From the NCBI GenBank assembly GCA_965645245.1, contig OZ287070.1:1984001-2048000 (forward strand): 64,000 nucleotides of DNA, given 5' to 3'. Positions 27,676-40,386 of the stretch are shown piece after piece. The notes beneath the pieces are model-generated. The model was not told the origin of the DNA and did no database searches. It saw nothing but the letters and a program-made list of their open reading frames with translations. The translations under genes were made by a program, and so were the position numbers. The number at the start of each line of letters is the position of its first letter. Positions within the stretch are counted from its first letter, which is position 1. Origin of the DNA: Massalongia carnosa (Eukaryota).

Positions 27676-28885
27676 GATTGTGGGGTGGTGGGGTTGGAGG
27701 GAAGGGGGCCTAGGTAGTCTGCTGTATGCGCGGGTTGTATGGTTTGGCGGCTGCGTTTACGGATACCGGCGTTCCCGAGGGCCATTGCTAAATACCGGGG
27801 AATGCACCTGGGGATGAAGACTGCGCATGGCAAAACGTTTCTGCCAACCCATTTGTTAACCCGATTTGGGCGGTTTTTGGTTTGATCGGTCGAGCTTTGA
27901 TAACAGACATTTGCCATTCTGTGTTTTCTCTCCCAACCAGCAAGACTCTTTATCTTACGCTCCGTACAAACCCACTTTTTCTCCATTCGTTCCTGCTCAG
28001 CTTGCTTTTCATTCATCCACTCTTTGCCATTTCTTTACCTTTTCTTTACCATTCCTCTACCACCCCCCTCATTTCCTTTCTTTCCTTCCTTCCATCCATT
28101 CATCTCATCCCATTCATCCCATCCTGCTCCCCTTTCCCTTCCCCCCCCCCCCCACTTCAGGGGAACGCACCTTTTTTTTGGCGTTGATTTTTTTTTTTTT
28201 TTTTGCTTGAGCTAGCTAGATCTGTATGTATGTATGTATGTATGTATCAAGACACCCCTCTTGGGTCGAGATCGGGCGGGATGGAATGATGCTGTGCTGT
28301 GCAGTGCTGTGCAGTGCTGTGCAGTGCGCGTGCAGGTAGGCAGATAGATAGTTAGGTAAACCAGGCAAATGCCAGGAGTCACGTACACATATACACGTTA
28401 CGTTCCAGAGATGCACAAACCGGAAAGAACCCCTTTTTTCGTCTTCTCGTCCTTCCCCTATCCTATTATCCCCCTCCCCTTCCCAAAAAAGCGAGAGCTG
28501 GGATCACACAGAGCGTGGATGAACGTAGATCTTTGCGAAGCTGATATGGCTTTTCGGGGGTTTTGAGGAACGGAAGACCCGAAAGGAAAGGAAGAGAAGA
28601 GAAGAGAAGGTGGATATTGGATTTTGTTGAGAGAAGGAAGAGAGGAAAGAAAGTATATCCGGGTCGGAGAAGATGGGTTATCGGGGCTTGGGGGAGAGGA
28701 AGAGAGAATGGATGGGAGTCGCAAGGATGATGGGAAGATTGTGGGGGGGGGGGGGAGGGGGTTTCGAGGAGAAAGGAAGACGCAAGGACTTTATGTGGGC
28801 GGTTGATTATGGAGAAAGGAGAAGAATGCCTCTCATCCATTCGATCCATTCACCGCCACTATTTTTCTTCCAACGTACATCCCTA

Positions 28886-31800
28886 TCACAACCAGCCCGC
28901 CCTCTCCCCCACCAGTAGCCTCTCCCACTCGCCCACCACCTCGCCCACCCCGCCCAGCACCGCCGCACACAAAACCCCCATCCTGCCCCCTTCCCCCCTC
29001 CCACCCCTCTCCCAAACAGCCTCCACCCAAGCTTTCGTCTCCAGCAGCTGCGTGGCATTTTCCTCCGCCAGCCGACGGTGTTGGGTGGCGTTCACGTCGA
29101 GGATGGTGAGGAAGCCGACGAGGATAGCCTCTTGGACCTGGGGGTCCTGAGAAAAGGCCGAGGGGCAGAGGCAGAGCAGGAGGGCCCAGAAGTCGGTAGT
29201 TAGGAGGGGGAGAGGGAGTGTGGTGGGGCCGGAGGCGTGAAGTAGAAGAGATAGCGTTTTGAGGAGGAGGGAGAGAAGGAAAGGGGAGGTATGTGGGGTT
29301 CGGATTCCACTATTTTTTTTTAAAAAAAAAAGGCGGGGAAATTTTGGGTTAGCAAGTGAATGACATGAATTGGAAAGGAAAAGGTAATAATAGAGGGGGG
29401 GAGGTTACTAGGTTTGAAGATGGATACGCCATCGAGCAGTTAGAGGAAGGAAGAATCCGTCCGCGACGACTTTGGCGAGGGCGTTGGGGATCGGCTTTTG
29501 GCGCTTCTTCTCGACGGCCATGCGGGAGGAGAAGGTACGGATCTTAAGGGCGTTAGGCCCAGAGATCTTGTCGGCAGCGGAGAGGGCCATGGGCTGAAGG
29601 ATGGCGTTTTCAAGGGATTGGGAGATTTTGTGGAGTGGGGAAAAGAAGGGCAAGGAATCTTCAGGCGCGAAGGCCTTGTGCAATTTTTCTGGGAGCATTT
29701 TGGAAGGGAAGGATATGTCTGGTAAACTGTCTAGGCCGATGAGTGCGGCGTCGTCTTTTTGAAAGCCGGCTAGTTCGCGGGCGCCGAGCCCAAGGGTAGT
29801 GAGAATGGAGGCGCGCTGGCCAATGGAATAGTCGCCGTTGAAAAAGGTGCGGGAAAACCATTGTCCCATTTGCAACGGCTGGACGATCAGGATAGCGATC
29901 ATTCCTTGCAGGCGCATTTCTTGAAACTTGGCCATTTCATACTTGTCTGTAAGGCCCACTAGAAGGGAAGCTAGCTCCTCGATGTGCTCAGTAACTTCAG
30001 TGCCAAAGTTTGCTTTGCGCCGAATTAGGCTTGAGGCTGTAGCGATGGCGAGTTGGTGTTTGTCGAAGTTTTCAGTGTCGCGCAGACCGGCGATGAGATC
30101 GCGGATGTAACTGCAGAGGTCTTTCAGCTAAGATAATAAGTTTATAAACGTGAGAGCTTACACGGGAGCGACAGGTTTATCTCGCCGCACTAAAGTAGCG
30201 TCCTCGTCTGAATCCTCCGGGTCAGAATCAGGCTTCTTATACATAGGCAAACCTTCATCTTCAGACTCAGATTCACTGTTAAGCTTTTCTATTGATATGA
30301 CTCTTGAAGCTGGCGTTGCTCTGATCGAAGATTTCGAGGCCTTGCCAATGGTGGCTTTATTCCGCGATGAGAGTGAAATAGCCTCTTTCGGGGCATGCAC
30401 AGACTTTAGGTCACTGATTGAGCCAATTGAAGCGGTCAGCTTCGTCAGATTCTTGTACCACTGGCCCTCAGCACTATTGATTTCTTCTGTGCTAAAATTC
30501 AACCCTTTGTCCCTAGGGTCGACCAGCTCTGATATCGCCGTTGCAAAAATCATACCAAGAAGGGAGGCTCGTGGGGAAGAAGATGAAAGACGATTTGATA
30601 TGCCACTGAGATACAAACTTGATCGACTTATCTGAGCGAGTTTCTCTGTATCTCTACGGTAGATGTATCCGGAGAGCAACAACAGAACCTGAGTATTGAC
30701 TACATGCGGTCAGCAAAGACCGTTGTTTTTGCCTTTTCTGGTGTGGAACCTTCTTGCTGTAAGATTGGCGTGTGCTTGATGGATAGCTTGTCTCCAAATG
30801 ATTGAAGAATCTTGTTGAACACCCTTAACATACGAGCTTGTATTCTGTTAGCAGGCTGCTAAGTCACCCGAAAAGGACGTACCAAAATCACCGGAGAGAA
30901 CCGCGATAACAGCTCGATGAATAGCGATGTCTTCACCAATACCAAGGCCTGAAACTCCGACCAGCCAGCTCTCTAATGCGTCTTCAAGTACCGAAGAATG
31001 CTTGACTAAATTTGAGATCAACGCTGCCACTCCGCTTAATGCTTTGCTGTTTTCGAGGTGATTTTCAACTTTGGTGCCGTCGCGGAAGCCAGAAAAGTTG
31101 CGCTTTGAAAGTATACGCAACAATGAGTAAAGGAAGACCTTTTGCTCGCGATTACCTAGACTCTGAATCAAAGATGCACTGGGGGCCAGCAGCTCATCCT
31201 TCCCATGTATCAAGCTCGAGCAAGTTGCTTGCACAAAATGATCTTTCCCCTTACACCAATCAGAAGCCCTACATAAAATCGAAGGAGCAACTCACCTATA
31301 TAACCTATCGTCAGAGCTCTGTTTACAAGTTGAGCCAATGCTTTCCAATCCTCCGGTCGCTCGATCTCAGAGTGCAGGAGTATGTATGCTACGTTTGCCC
31401 CGAGCCAGCTAGAGTACTGAATGCCGTCCCCAAGCCAGCTTCCATCCCTGACGATTAAGCTCGACTTCCTTATAACTTGATCGGCTTCGGCCGCAAGAGA
31501 AAGTAATCTCCCACTGGCAATGGTTGTGATGAAATCTTTCCACAACAAAGTACGTTGCAGCGTGCCCAAAATCAATGAATCGATATCGATCCGAATGCAT
31601 GAGACAAAGCCGCTTCCTTTTAGTATATCTTCTAGAACGCTTAATAAATCTCGTACAACCTTAGCTTTACCATTGGCACTGAATGCTTGCCCTTTTTGAG
31701 GGTCTTCTTCGAGATCAAGAAAAACACGAAGGCGAGCTAAGATAGCACCAATCCCTGACACACTTCTAAGACATCTGAGGAGCAAACTTTTTTGCTTAAG

Positions 31801-32136
31801 GCTGGGAGAATTCTCTTCATTAAGAACTCCCCAATAGTCTAGTACTGTATCTGCAACCAAAACATAGATAATCTGTGTAGCCTTGGGGCCCGGGATTTTT
31901 ATATTAAAATCATTGGTTTTAACCTTTGCAGGATCCAACCATCGAAGCACATGATTTAGCAGTGTAAAGTTAGGCTTTGACTTGAGAGCCTCAAGAGCGT
32001 CTTCTGGAGTGCTCAAAGTAGAATTTTCAAGACTTGTCGTTTCTGCTAGTCGCGAGACAATGGGAACAAGATTCTCTTCATTCTGAGCAGGATCAGAAAT
32101 GAGTGTCGTTTTTAATGGAGTTAGAAGCCCCTCCAT
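28886..32136 (-). CDS. TEL2: Telomere length regulation protein / TTT complex subunit
   Basis: MEGLLTPLKTT start; YKKPDSDPEDSDEDATL; PV/YIRDLIAGL; LIRRKANFGTEV; GDYSIGQRASIL; LGLGARELAG; several introns. Confidence 0.92.
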
Positions 32137-32394
32137 TGTTGCAGGTTAAAAATCAGGAACATAAAGCACTCTGTACTTGGTTCATTATCTTAGGCTATCA
32201 CGTGAAGTGCGAGGCACCAGATTAACCCTTAGTTATCCGGCGCTAGTTAATGCGGGGCGGAGCGGGAATCAGGCTCCGCTCATAGAGATCCTCCACCAAG
32301 CTCCCATACTGCCTGTGTTGGAATATTATCCGCAAAAAACCTGGCTCATGAAGTGCAATCGTATTTACTGAGATATATGTTTAACGCGCCCAAT

Positions 32395-33931
32395 ATGGCG
32401 AAAGCTGAGAAAGCCTCAAGGGCAAGATGGTAAATACTTTCCACGTCCAAAACGAAAATCATGCTTATCGAAACGCGGTAGGGTACATCTAGACAGGTTT
32501 CTGACAACACCTGGTCCCCAGACAGACCTAGATTTTGTCCCCGGTATCGAAACAATTACGAGTCTGGAGACTTCAAAGGTGTTGTTAGTGAGCATTATGC
32601 CTGCGTTGATGGCGACTTCGACTAAAGGCTGCCAGGGTCATGTGCGTATCGTAGACGATATGCAAGATGTAAATTGATCCTGAGCTTTTACTAGAGGTGC
32701 TGGAGGGCTAGGATGCGAAATTCTCAAGAATCTAGCCCTATCAGGCTTCAAAGATATTCACGTGATTGATATGGGTTTGTTCGCCGGCCCCGGTATCCAC
32801 CTTGTCTAACAGAGGGTAGACACGATTGATGTCTCAAACTTGAATCGCCAATTTTTGTTCCGTGAAGCAGATGTGGGAAAGTCCAAGGCTGAAGTTGCAG
32901 CTGCGTTTGTGGAGAAGAGGGTCAAAGGCGTGAAGATTACCCCTTACAACGGGAAAATCCAAGACAAGGATGAAGACTACTACATGCAATTTAAGATGGT
33001 CGTCTGTGGTTTAGATAGCGTCGAAGCACGCCGTTGGATAAACGCTACTCTCGTGGGTATGGTGGACCTTGAAAACATGGAAAGCCTGAAACCGTTAATA
33101 GATGGGGGAACCGAAGGTTAGTACTACGAACTGCCTTCTTTCAAGCGAGGTCACGGCTTATCCCTCTTCATATTAGGTTTTAAAGGTCAAGCAAGGGTCA
33201 TCCTTCCAACCTTGTCCTCATGCATCGAATGCCAGCTCGATATGCATGCTCCTCGTGCTGCCGTACCCCTATGTACACTCGCCACAATTCCTCGTCAACC
33301 TCAGCACTGCATCGAATGGGCACACATCATCGCGTGGGAAGAGCACCGCAAAGACGAGCCGCTCGACACCGACGATCCGGAACACATAACCTGGCTGTAC
33401 CAGAAAGCGCTGCAGCGCGCAGAAGCATTCCAAATCGTGGGCGTGACGTACTCGCTTACACAAGGCGTCGTCAAGAACATCATCCCGGCCATCGCATCCA
33501 CTAACGCCATCGTGGCCGCTAGCTGCTGCAATGAGGCCTTTAAGATCGCCAGCGGCTGCAACCCCTACCTCGTCAACTACATGATGTACAGCGGCGACGA
33601 GGGTGTCTACACTTACACATTCGAGCACGAGCAGAAGGCCGATTGCCCCGTCTGCGGCAACGTCGCTCGCAACCTGAATGTTGATCCGGCCTCGACGCTC
33701 GGGGAATTTATTGCTAGTATGGGCGAGCGGGCGGAGGCGCAGCTGAAGAAGCCCACACTACGGACTGAGCAGGCCTCATTGTATTATCAAGCCCCGAAGG
33801 ACTTAGAGGAGCAGACGCGACCAAATCTTGTAAAGAAATTATCCGAGCTGGTGGTTGATGGCGAGGAGATTGCTGTCTCGGACCCGGCATTTGCAATTGA
33901 TTTCAAGTTTAAGCTCATCTTTCGCTCGTAG
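32395..33931 (+). CDS. UBA3: NEDD8-activating enzyme E1 catalytic subunit
   Basis: [78 protein letters not shown]; start may be 32377. Confidence 0.96.
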
Positions 33932-34157
33932 CATGGCTATACACTGGGTGCTATCGATTGAGAATTTGGGAAGATATTAGCATTGTGTGGCGATGCGGAG
34001 TGAAAAGAACGCTACGAAGCAGCTTCGAAAGTGAGATGAAGATCCATCATCAGAAATTATCTCAGAAACGCTCAGAGTGACAGGCGCTCCCTTAAGTCCG
34101 AACCAACGCATGAGGCATATCATATGACATATAACTTCTCCTCGTGTTTTGACATCA

Positions 34158-35400
34158 CTATCTCATGATACTCGTCAAACTCCTCTTCAGCCGCACACAT
34201 TTCAGCTTCAGCGCTTTGACACTCTCCAGAAACAGTAAATCACTCTCAAACTGGCCCGTGCTCTCCACCATGAAGATGAAATGATCCCTCACCCGCCCTA
34301 GCTTCACCTTCCCGGTGAACTCATCATGCCTTAAGCACTCCCGGGACACAGTGTCCTTGAACGCATTCCGCACCACTGCCTTCTTCTCACCTAGCCAGCC
34401 CTCATATCCGCTTCCCTCCCGCTCGCTCTCCTCCGCCGTCACCTCATCCAGCTCAATGACGCCCTTGGGGAAACAGCGCGCAAACTTCTTCGCATCAGAG
34501 CCGAGAATCGGCCTTGTGATCGTGATCGAGGGTAGTAGGCGGTAGCTTGCTGTAGCCACGGGCGAAAACTTCGCATGGTCGGCCCCGATCCCTTTGATAC
34601 AGTGCATCTCCAGGTCAATCTTCTGACCGGGTCGCAGCTTCGCGAGCAAAATATTCGGGTTCACGGGCCTGATGTGTCCCTCCGGCGCTTTGAAGAAATG
34701 CTCCTGACGGCCTATGGGCTCGTATATAATATCCCGGGCGTACACGTGCGCGTTCTTGTACAGCTTTGCAGGATCTACCTCGTTCTTCATATGCTTCGCG
34801 CCGTCGGCCCATGTGCACTCGATCTCCAACTTTAAGACAACAGTATTGTTGTCGAGCGCGGCGTCGGCTACTGGGTGTTCTTCCGTGGATTTATTATACC
34901 ATTTCATCCAGTTGAGCCCCTCGCGACTACCGGTAAGGGGTACCAAGCCAAGGCGGTGGGCGAGCACTTCATCTTGGATGATGGAGGTGTTATTCTGCAC
35001 GAAGACGAACTCGATGGCTAGTGTAGGTATTTCAGCGATGAGAATGCGGCGGAATGCGTTAGCAAGGGAGGCGTCGATGCCGATCAAAGAGAAGGCGGCA
35101 TTGAAGGGGTCGTTTTTGTGAAATTCGACTCGGAAATTCTAGGAGGTCAGCGTTTAGCTATTGAATATAATTTCAGGGGCGAGTGGAGCGGGCAGACACC
35201 TTTTCGAATTTCTGTAGACTCCATTCGTGGTTCTCGCCAGGGTAGTGCCCGGGGAAGTCGGTGGAAGTCACATTGGTGACTGTTTCTGAGTTGACGCCAA
35301 CAACCTGTGCGGCGTGAAAATCCGAATGTCAAAAGGAGAACTGGAGTAGAAATACCTTCCTTCGATCCAACTCATCTAGTGATATAGGCTCTCGGGCCAT
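34158..35400 (-). CDS. RPC40: RNA polymerase I/III shared subunit AC40
   Basis: GIDASLANAFRRILIAEIPTLAIE, QDEVLAHRLGLVP, LAKLRPGQ, GADHAKFSPVATASYRLLP, RVRDHFIF. Confidence 0.96.
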
Positions 35401-35619
35401 TGCAGAAGAGTTCTTTGAGTTTACATGGTGTTCATACTGTTGAAAATTATTTCTCGAAATTCATTGGGGGAACTCGGCATGCTCGGCTATTTTTCACTTT
35501 AACTAATCAGCATCTCTAAACCATCCACTTCGTCACCAACCTTAACCGCGATTCCCAAGTACCTATACATGCCTCGTATAGAGGGAGACTTCCTTTAATA
35601 TCACCAGCCATCTGCCACA

Positions 35620-37189
35620 ATGGCTTCTACATTCACACGTTTCGTGGGGTATTCTGCGAAAAGGTTATGTCGGAGACCTGCTCCTCCATATCCCTCGTCC
35701 CTTTGCCTCATATCGAGGTCGCTCACAACCTCATTACCTCGAAGACTCGCCGAGCCCTACCAAGGTACAAAACTCGTACCCGTCGATGAGAGCTTTGGTC
35801 AATCCCCGACTTCCGAGGGCTCCAAGGAAATAGACGAGTCGACAGAAGATAGCGAGACAATTGAAAAGCGCAAGATCAGGCACTACACTGTGAACTTTGG
35901 GCCTCAACATCCAGCTGCACACGGCGTGCTACGGCTGATTCTCGAACTTAATGGCGAGGAGATAGTTCGGGCAGATCCCCATGTCGGCTTGCTGCATCGG
36001 GGGACGGAGAAGCTGATTGAATATAAAACATACCTTCAAGCTTTACCGTATTTTGACAGGCTAGATTATGTATCGATGATGACGAACGAGCAATGTTTCT
36101 CGCTGGCAGTGGAGAAGCTTCTAAATATTGAAATCCCCGACCGTGCGAAATGGATTCGAACCCTCTTTGCCGAAATCACAAGAATATTGAACCATTTAAT
36201 GTCTATCCTTTCTCATGCTATGGACGTCGGGGCCCTGACGCCTTTTTTGTGGGGCTTCGAGGAACGCGAAAAACTCATGGTACGTATTCGTACCCTCTGG
36301 CGCCCAACTCGCCCGTTTATGTATCTCATGCTTTACTTTATAATCTAGCAGTGAACTGATGCCGAAGCATGGTTTAGGAATTCTACGAACGTGTTTCTGG
36401 GGCTCGTCTCCATGCCGCCTACATCCGCCCTGGTGGTGTCCATCAGGATATTCCCATTGGCCTCCTTGATGACATCTACCAATGGGCAACGCAGTTTGGT
36501 GATCGTATTGACGAAACCGAAGAACTTCTCACAGACAACCGTATCTGGAAAGGCCGGACACAAAACATTGGCGTCGTTTCTGCTGCAGATGCTCTCAACT
36601 ACTCATTTAGTGGTGTTATGCTCCGAGGATCCGGTGTTCCATGGGATGTGCGCAAATCTCAACCGTATGATGCCTACGATCAGGTTGAGTTCGATGTTCC
36701 TGTCGGAGTGAATGGTGATTGCTACGATCGCTATCTATGCCGGATGGAAGAATTCAGACAGAGCTTACGGATTATACATCAATGTCTGAACAAGATGCCC
36801 CCTGGCCCTGTCCGCGTTGAAGATTATAAGATATCCCCTCCTCCGCGTGCTGCAATGAAGGAAAATATGGAGGCGCTTATCCATCATTTCCTACTGTTCA
36901 CAAAGGGATACACTGTGCCGCCGGGGGAGACGTACAGCGCCATTGAAGCGCCAAAAGGAGAAATGGGCGTTTTCGTTGTGAGCGATGGAAGTGAGCGGCC
37001 GTACAGATGTAAGATTCGCGCGCCGGGTTTTGCACATTTAGGGTCTTTTGATCAGATTTCTCGCGGTCATTTACTGGCAGATGCAGTTGCTATTATTGGC
37101 ACAATGGATCTAGTAAGCAAAGCAAGTCTCTTCCATGCTGCAATCTGTTCTTATCATTTTCATAGGTCTTCGGAGAGGTTGATCGATAA
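35620..37189 (+). CDS. NDUFS2: NADH:ubiquinone oxidoreductase 49-kDa subunit (NDUFS2/NuoD), mitochondrial precursor
   Basis: [56 protein letters not shown]; two introns. Confidence 0.97.
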
Positions 37190-38715
37190 GTGAGCCTACA
37201 GTTTTAAAACATGCATTAAAAAATATTAAGTTGGGAAGATAGTGAGCCGGTACTGGCGTTCTTGGAAACTTGAGGTTTCCGTCTTCTCTCTTGGTCCGCG
37301 GGTGAGGTATGTATAGCATGTATATAGATCATGGTCTTGTGGTCGAGGAGTTATGATCTTCGTGTTTAAGGCTGCAATTCAGCTACAGGAGGGAAAGAGA
37401 AGATACCAGACTGTTCTTGATACATCAAGCAAGAATCTGTCGGCTTACTTACCCACATTTTGCGTATCTCTGGCTACTCCTCTTCGAATTTCATTAGCTC
37501 ACCTGTCTACTGATTTAAAACCTACCTCTATCAGTCTTCGTGTGCTTTAAGAGAAATTCTCGCCTGATCTATCCGGCTTTGCTGCAAAAGCTAATAGTCA
37601 TTTTATGTCGAATTTAGCGACCTTACTGAAATATTCTAGACAAAACTCGTTTTCAGGTTTGAGATTATGTTATCGGAGTGGCATAAGCTCAGCTACTAAT
37701 TTATCTCGTTAACTTGCTGAAGCATGCGAAACTTGGATTTAGAATGTCAAGAAGTGACCGCAGCCCAAGCTATATAAGTCTCTATCATGTTCTTTTGGCT
37801 TGCGCAACTGACCTTACGGTCCTCTTCTTTGATTCTCTTTCTTAGCTAGGTATCAGCATATTCATAGGCCGCGTCTTGCATTCATTTTGCCATTCATTTT
37901 TATTATTAATTCATTAAGCGTATGCATCCTAAGGATATGACGCTGTGACTGCTATTTATGTACATAAACAACAGTCAAGAAGTGGAAACCTGGCCCCCAG
38001 GGTAAAAACCACTCCCTTGTTCCATGTTGAACGCAACGAGACCGTCCTTCTACCACGCGGTGCATACACCCAGATCTTCAAGCGCTAGGAATCTTATAGA
38101 CTCGATGAACTAGACAGTGTATTTCCACACGTTCGACGAACGTTCTCTCTCTTTAAACGTTTTGATTCAATGGAGGAAAGACTGGCCGTGATCGAGGGCA
38201 GATCGTGGTGTCGTATAAATGAAGGTTTGTAAGTGTGGCCATTCTAAATGAATGGGCTTTTTCGATGTGGTGAAAGGCTTCCGCCTGAGGGGTGTGGCCA
38301 TTCCGAATGAATGGGCTTTGTATGTGTGCCTTCGAGGTGACGAATGATCAGTAGAGACGTTGATCGTTCAAATGGCCACCGAGGTGGACTTCCGCGTTGG
38401 CGATGATCAGATATTGGCCACCTCCGAGGAGGTGTTGATAGCCTGCACCACGTAGAGGTTTCTGACCCAGCAGGCCATTTTGCCATTCATTCTTCTATAA
38501 CCAAGTGATCAAATCCTCGACATACATTTTCTTTTCTTAAACATGCCTCTCACTATTCTATCTATGTATAATAGTCCTTTACTGGGTAATATATACGTAT
38601 ATTTTACTATAAATCTTTAATCAATGATCTACTCTGTACAATTTCGAAATATCCGAAATGTTCTCGCTAAACAGATTCGTAATTGTTTTACTCCGCAGAT
38701 TAATCAGGGTTTCAA

Positions 38716-40386
38716 ACCGGACGATTCGCGGTGAGAACTGGCATACCACAGGGCTCCCCTCTCTCATCCATCCTTTATCTATTCTATAATGCAGACCTAT
38801 TGGAAATATGTGAGCGACCAGGCACAAACACAAGTGCCATAGGATTTGTAGACGATGCCAACATTTTGGCATACGGAAAAAGCACCGAAGAGAATTGCAA
38901 GACTCTGGAGTCAATACACAGACAATGCGAAAAGTGGGCTTCCCGACACGGATCTCTATTCGCTCCGACGAAGTACGAACTCATTCACTTGTCTAGAAAT
39001 CCCAAAAGATTCAATATGGCTGCATCTATCAACATTGCAAGCACCGAAATTGAACCAAAAACGGACATTAGAGTCTTAGGCTTGCAAATTGACACCAAAT
39101 TGAAATGGGGACCGCACGTTCGCAAAACGCAAAAGAAAATGGTTAAACAATCCATGGCATTGACAAAAATCTCCACATCGACTTGGGGTGCCACCTTCAC
39201 CAAAGCAAGGCAAGTTTACAGCGCCGTAGTGCGTCCAGTCATGACATACGGGTCAACCGTATGGCACATGCCCAAAGAAGTCAAAAAGTCAAAAACGTCA
39301 ACGAGCAAGCTCTCCGTTATGCAAAACAACTGCCTTCGCACCATAGCCGGTGCCTTTAAAGCCACTCCCATTCCAGTTCTTGAAGCAGAGACATACATAG
39401 CACCCATAGATGTACACCTCGACACGCTACAGGCGCAGGCTAGACATCGACTCCGAGCCGGAGGTCAATCGAAGGTCATTTCTTCCGCATGCAGCAAAAT
39501 AGTTAACAAACTTCAAGGCAAGGCAGGTCGCAAACGCCTTCAAAAACCCACTCCGGGAGAGCTGAAGCACACCTGGGCCAAAAACCTACTGATCGACGCA
39601 AAAATCGTTCAACCACCCAAAGCACACCCACCATGGTCCGACCCCTCCCCAGCGCATCTCCGCGAAGTCTCCGTAGCAGCGTTGGCTCGTCAAAAACAAA
39701 TGCAGACAATTAAAGCACGACAGCTGAAAGTCTGGAACGACTCGTGGAGCGCATATCAAAATCGCGTCACCGAACCCTCCATAGCGCAATCAGTCCCACT
39801 GAGCAAAAAACGACTGAAAATACACACGCTGCTAAAAAAGGCAGAAAGCGCCCTGACAACACAGATCCGCACCGGTAAGATCGGTCTAGCTGACTTCCTC
39901 TACCAGCGACGGGTCCCCGCCGTCACCTCACCGGCCTGCCCATGTGGCTGGCACAGACAAACTCCAGAACATGTAATTATGTTCTGTAGACTTATTGACA
40001 ATAGAGAACAGATGTTTTGCGCCGCTGGCACGAACAACTATCAACAGCTGACCGAAACATCAAAAACTCTAAAGATATTAACTGCTTGGCTAATGAAAAC
40101 AGGTCTACTGACCCAATTCTCACTGGCATCTACACTATTGTACAATTAACAGTAGTTTCACTTCTCTTTTCCTTCTTATCTCACAAGGCGTCACAGTTCT
40201 CACATGATTTTCGCTCTGCGTCTCCTGTCCGACGTCGACCTGGTGTCACATCGGACAGGTATCAAGGGATATGGTTTTTACACCTGAAAAAGGTTTTCCA
40301 TGTAACATAACTTAGATAGCTTTGCCCGCATGGGCCGGCCTACGGCCGGTGACATATCGGAGTATGAATACATCATCATCATCATC
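38716..40386 (+). mobile_element. 5'-truncated non-LTR retrotransposon (LINE, Tad1-like)
   Basis: RT motifs GIPQGSPLS, FVDD, RVLGLQID; C-terminal CPCG...HVIMFC zinc knuckle; (CAT)n 3' tail; 13-bp TSD ATCAGGGTTTCAA (38703-38715, 40387-40399). Confidence 0.93.

Noticed and set aside
27880..28880. Many short low-complexity ORFs
   Set aside because: Produced by homopolymers and microsatellites in convergent 3' regions
38230..38320. Two ~28-bp direct repeats GTGTGGCCATTC..AATGAATGGGCTTT
   Set aside because: Only two copies with no boundaries or TSD; possibly TE debris but not classifiable
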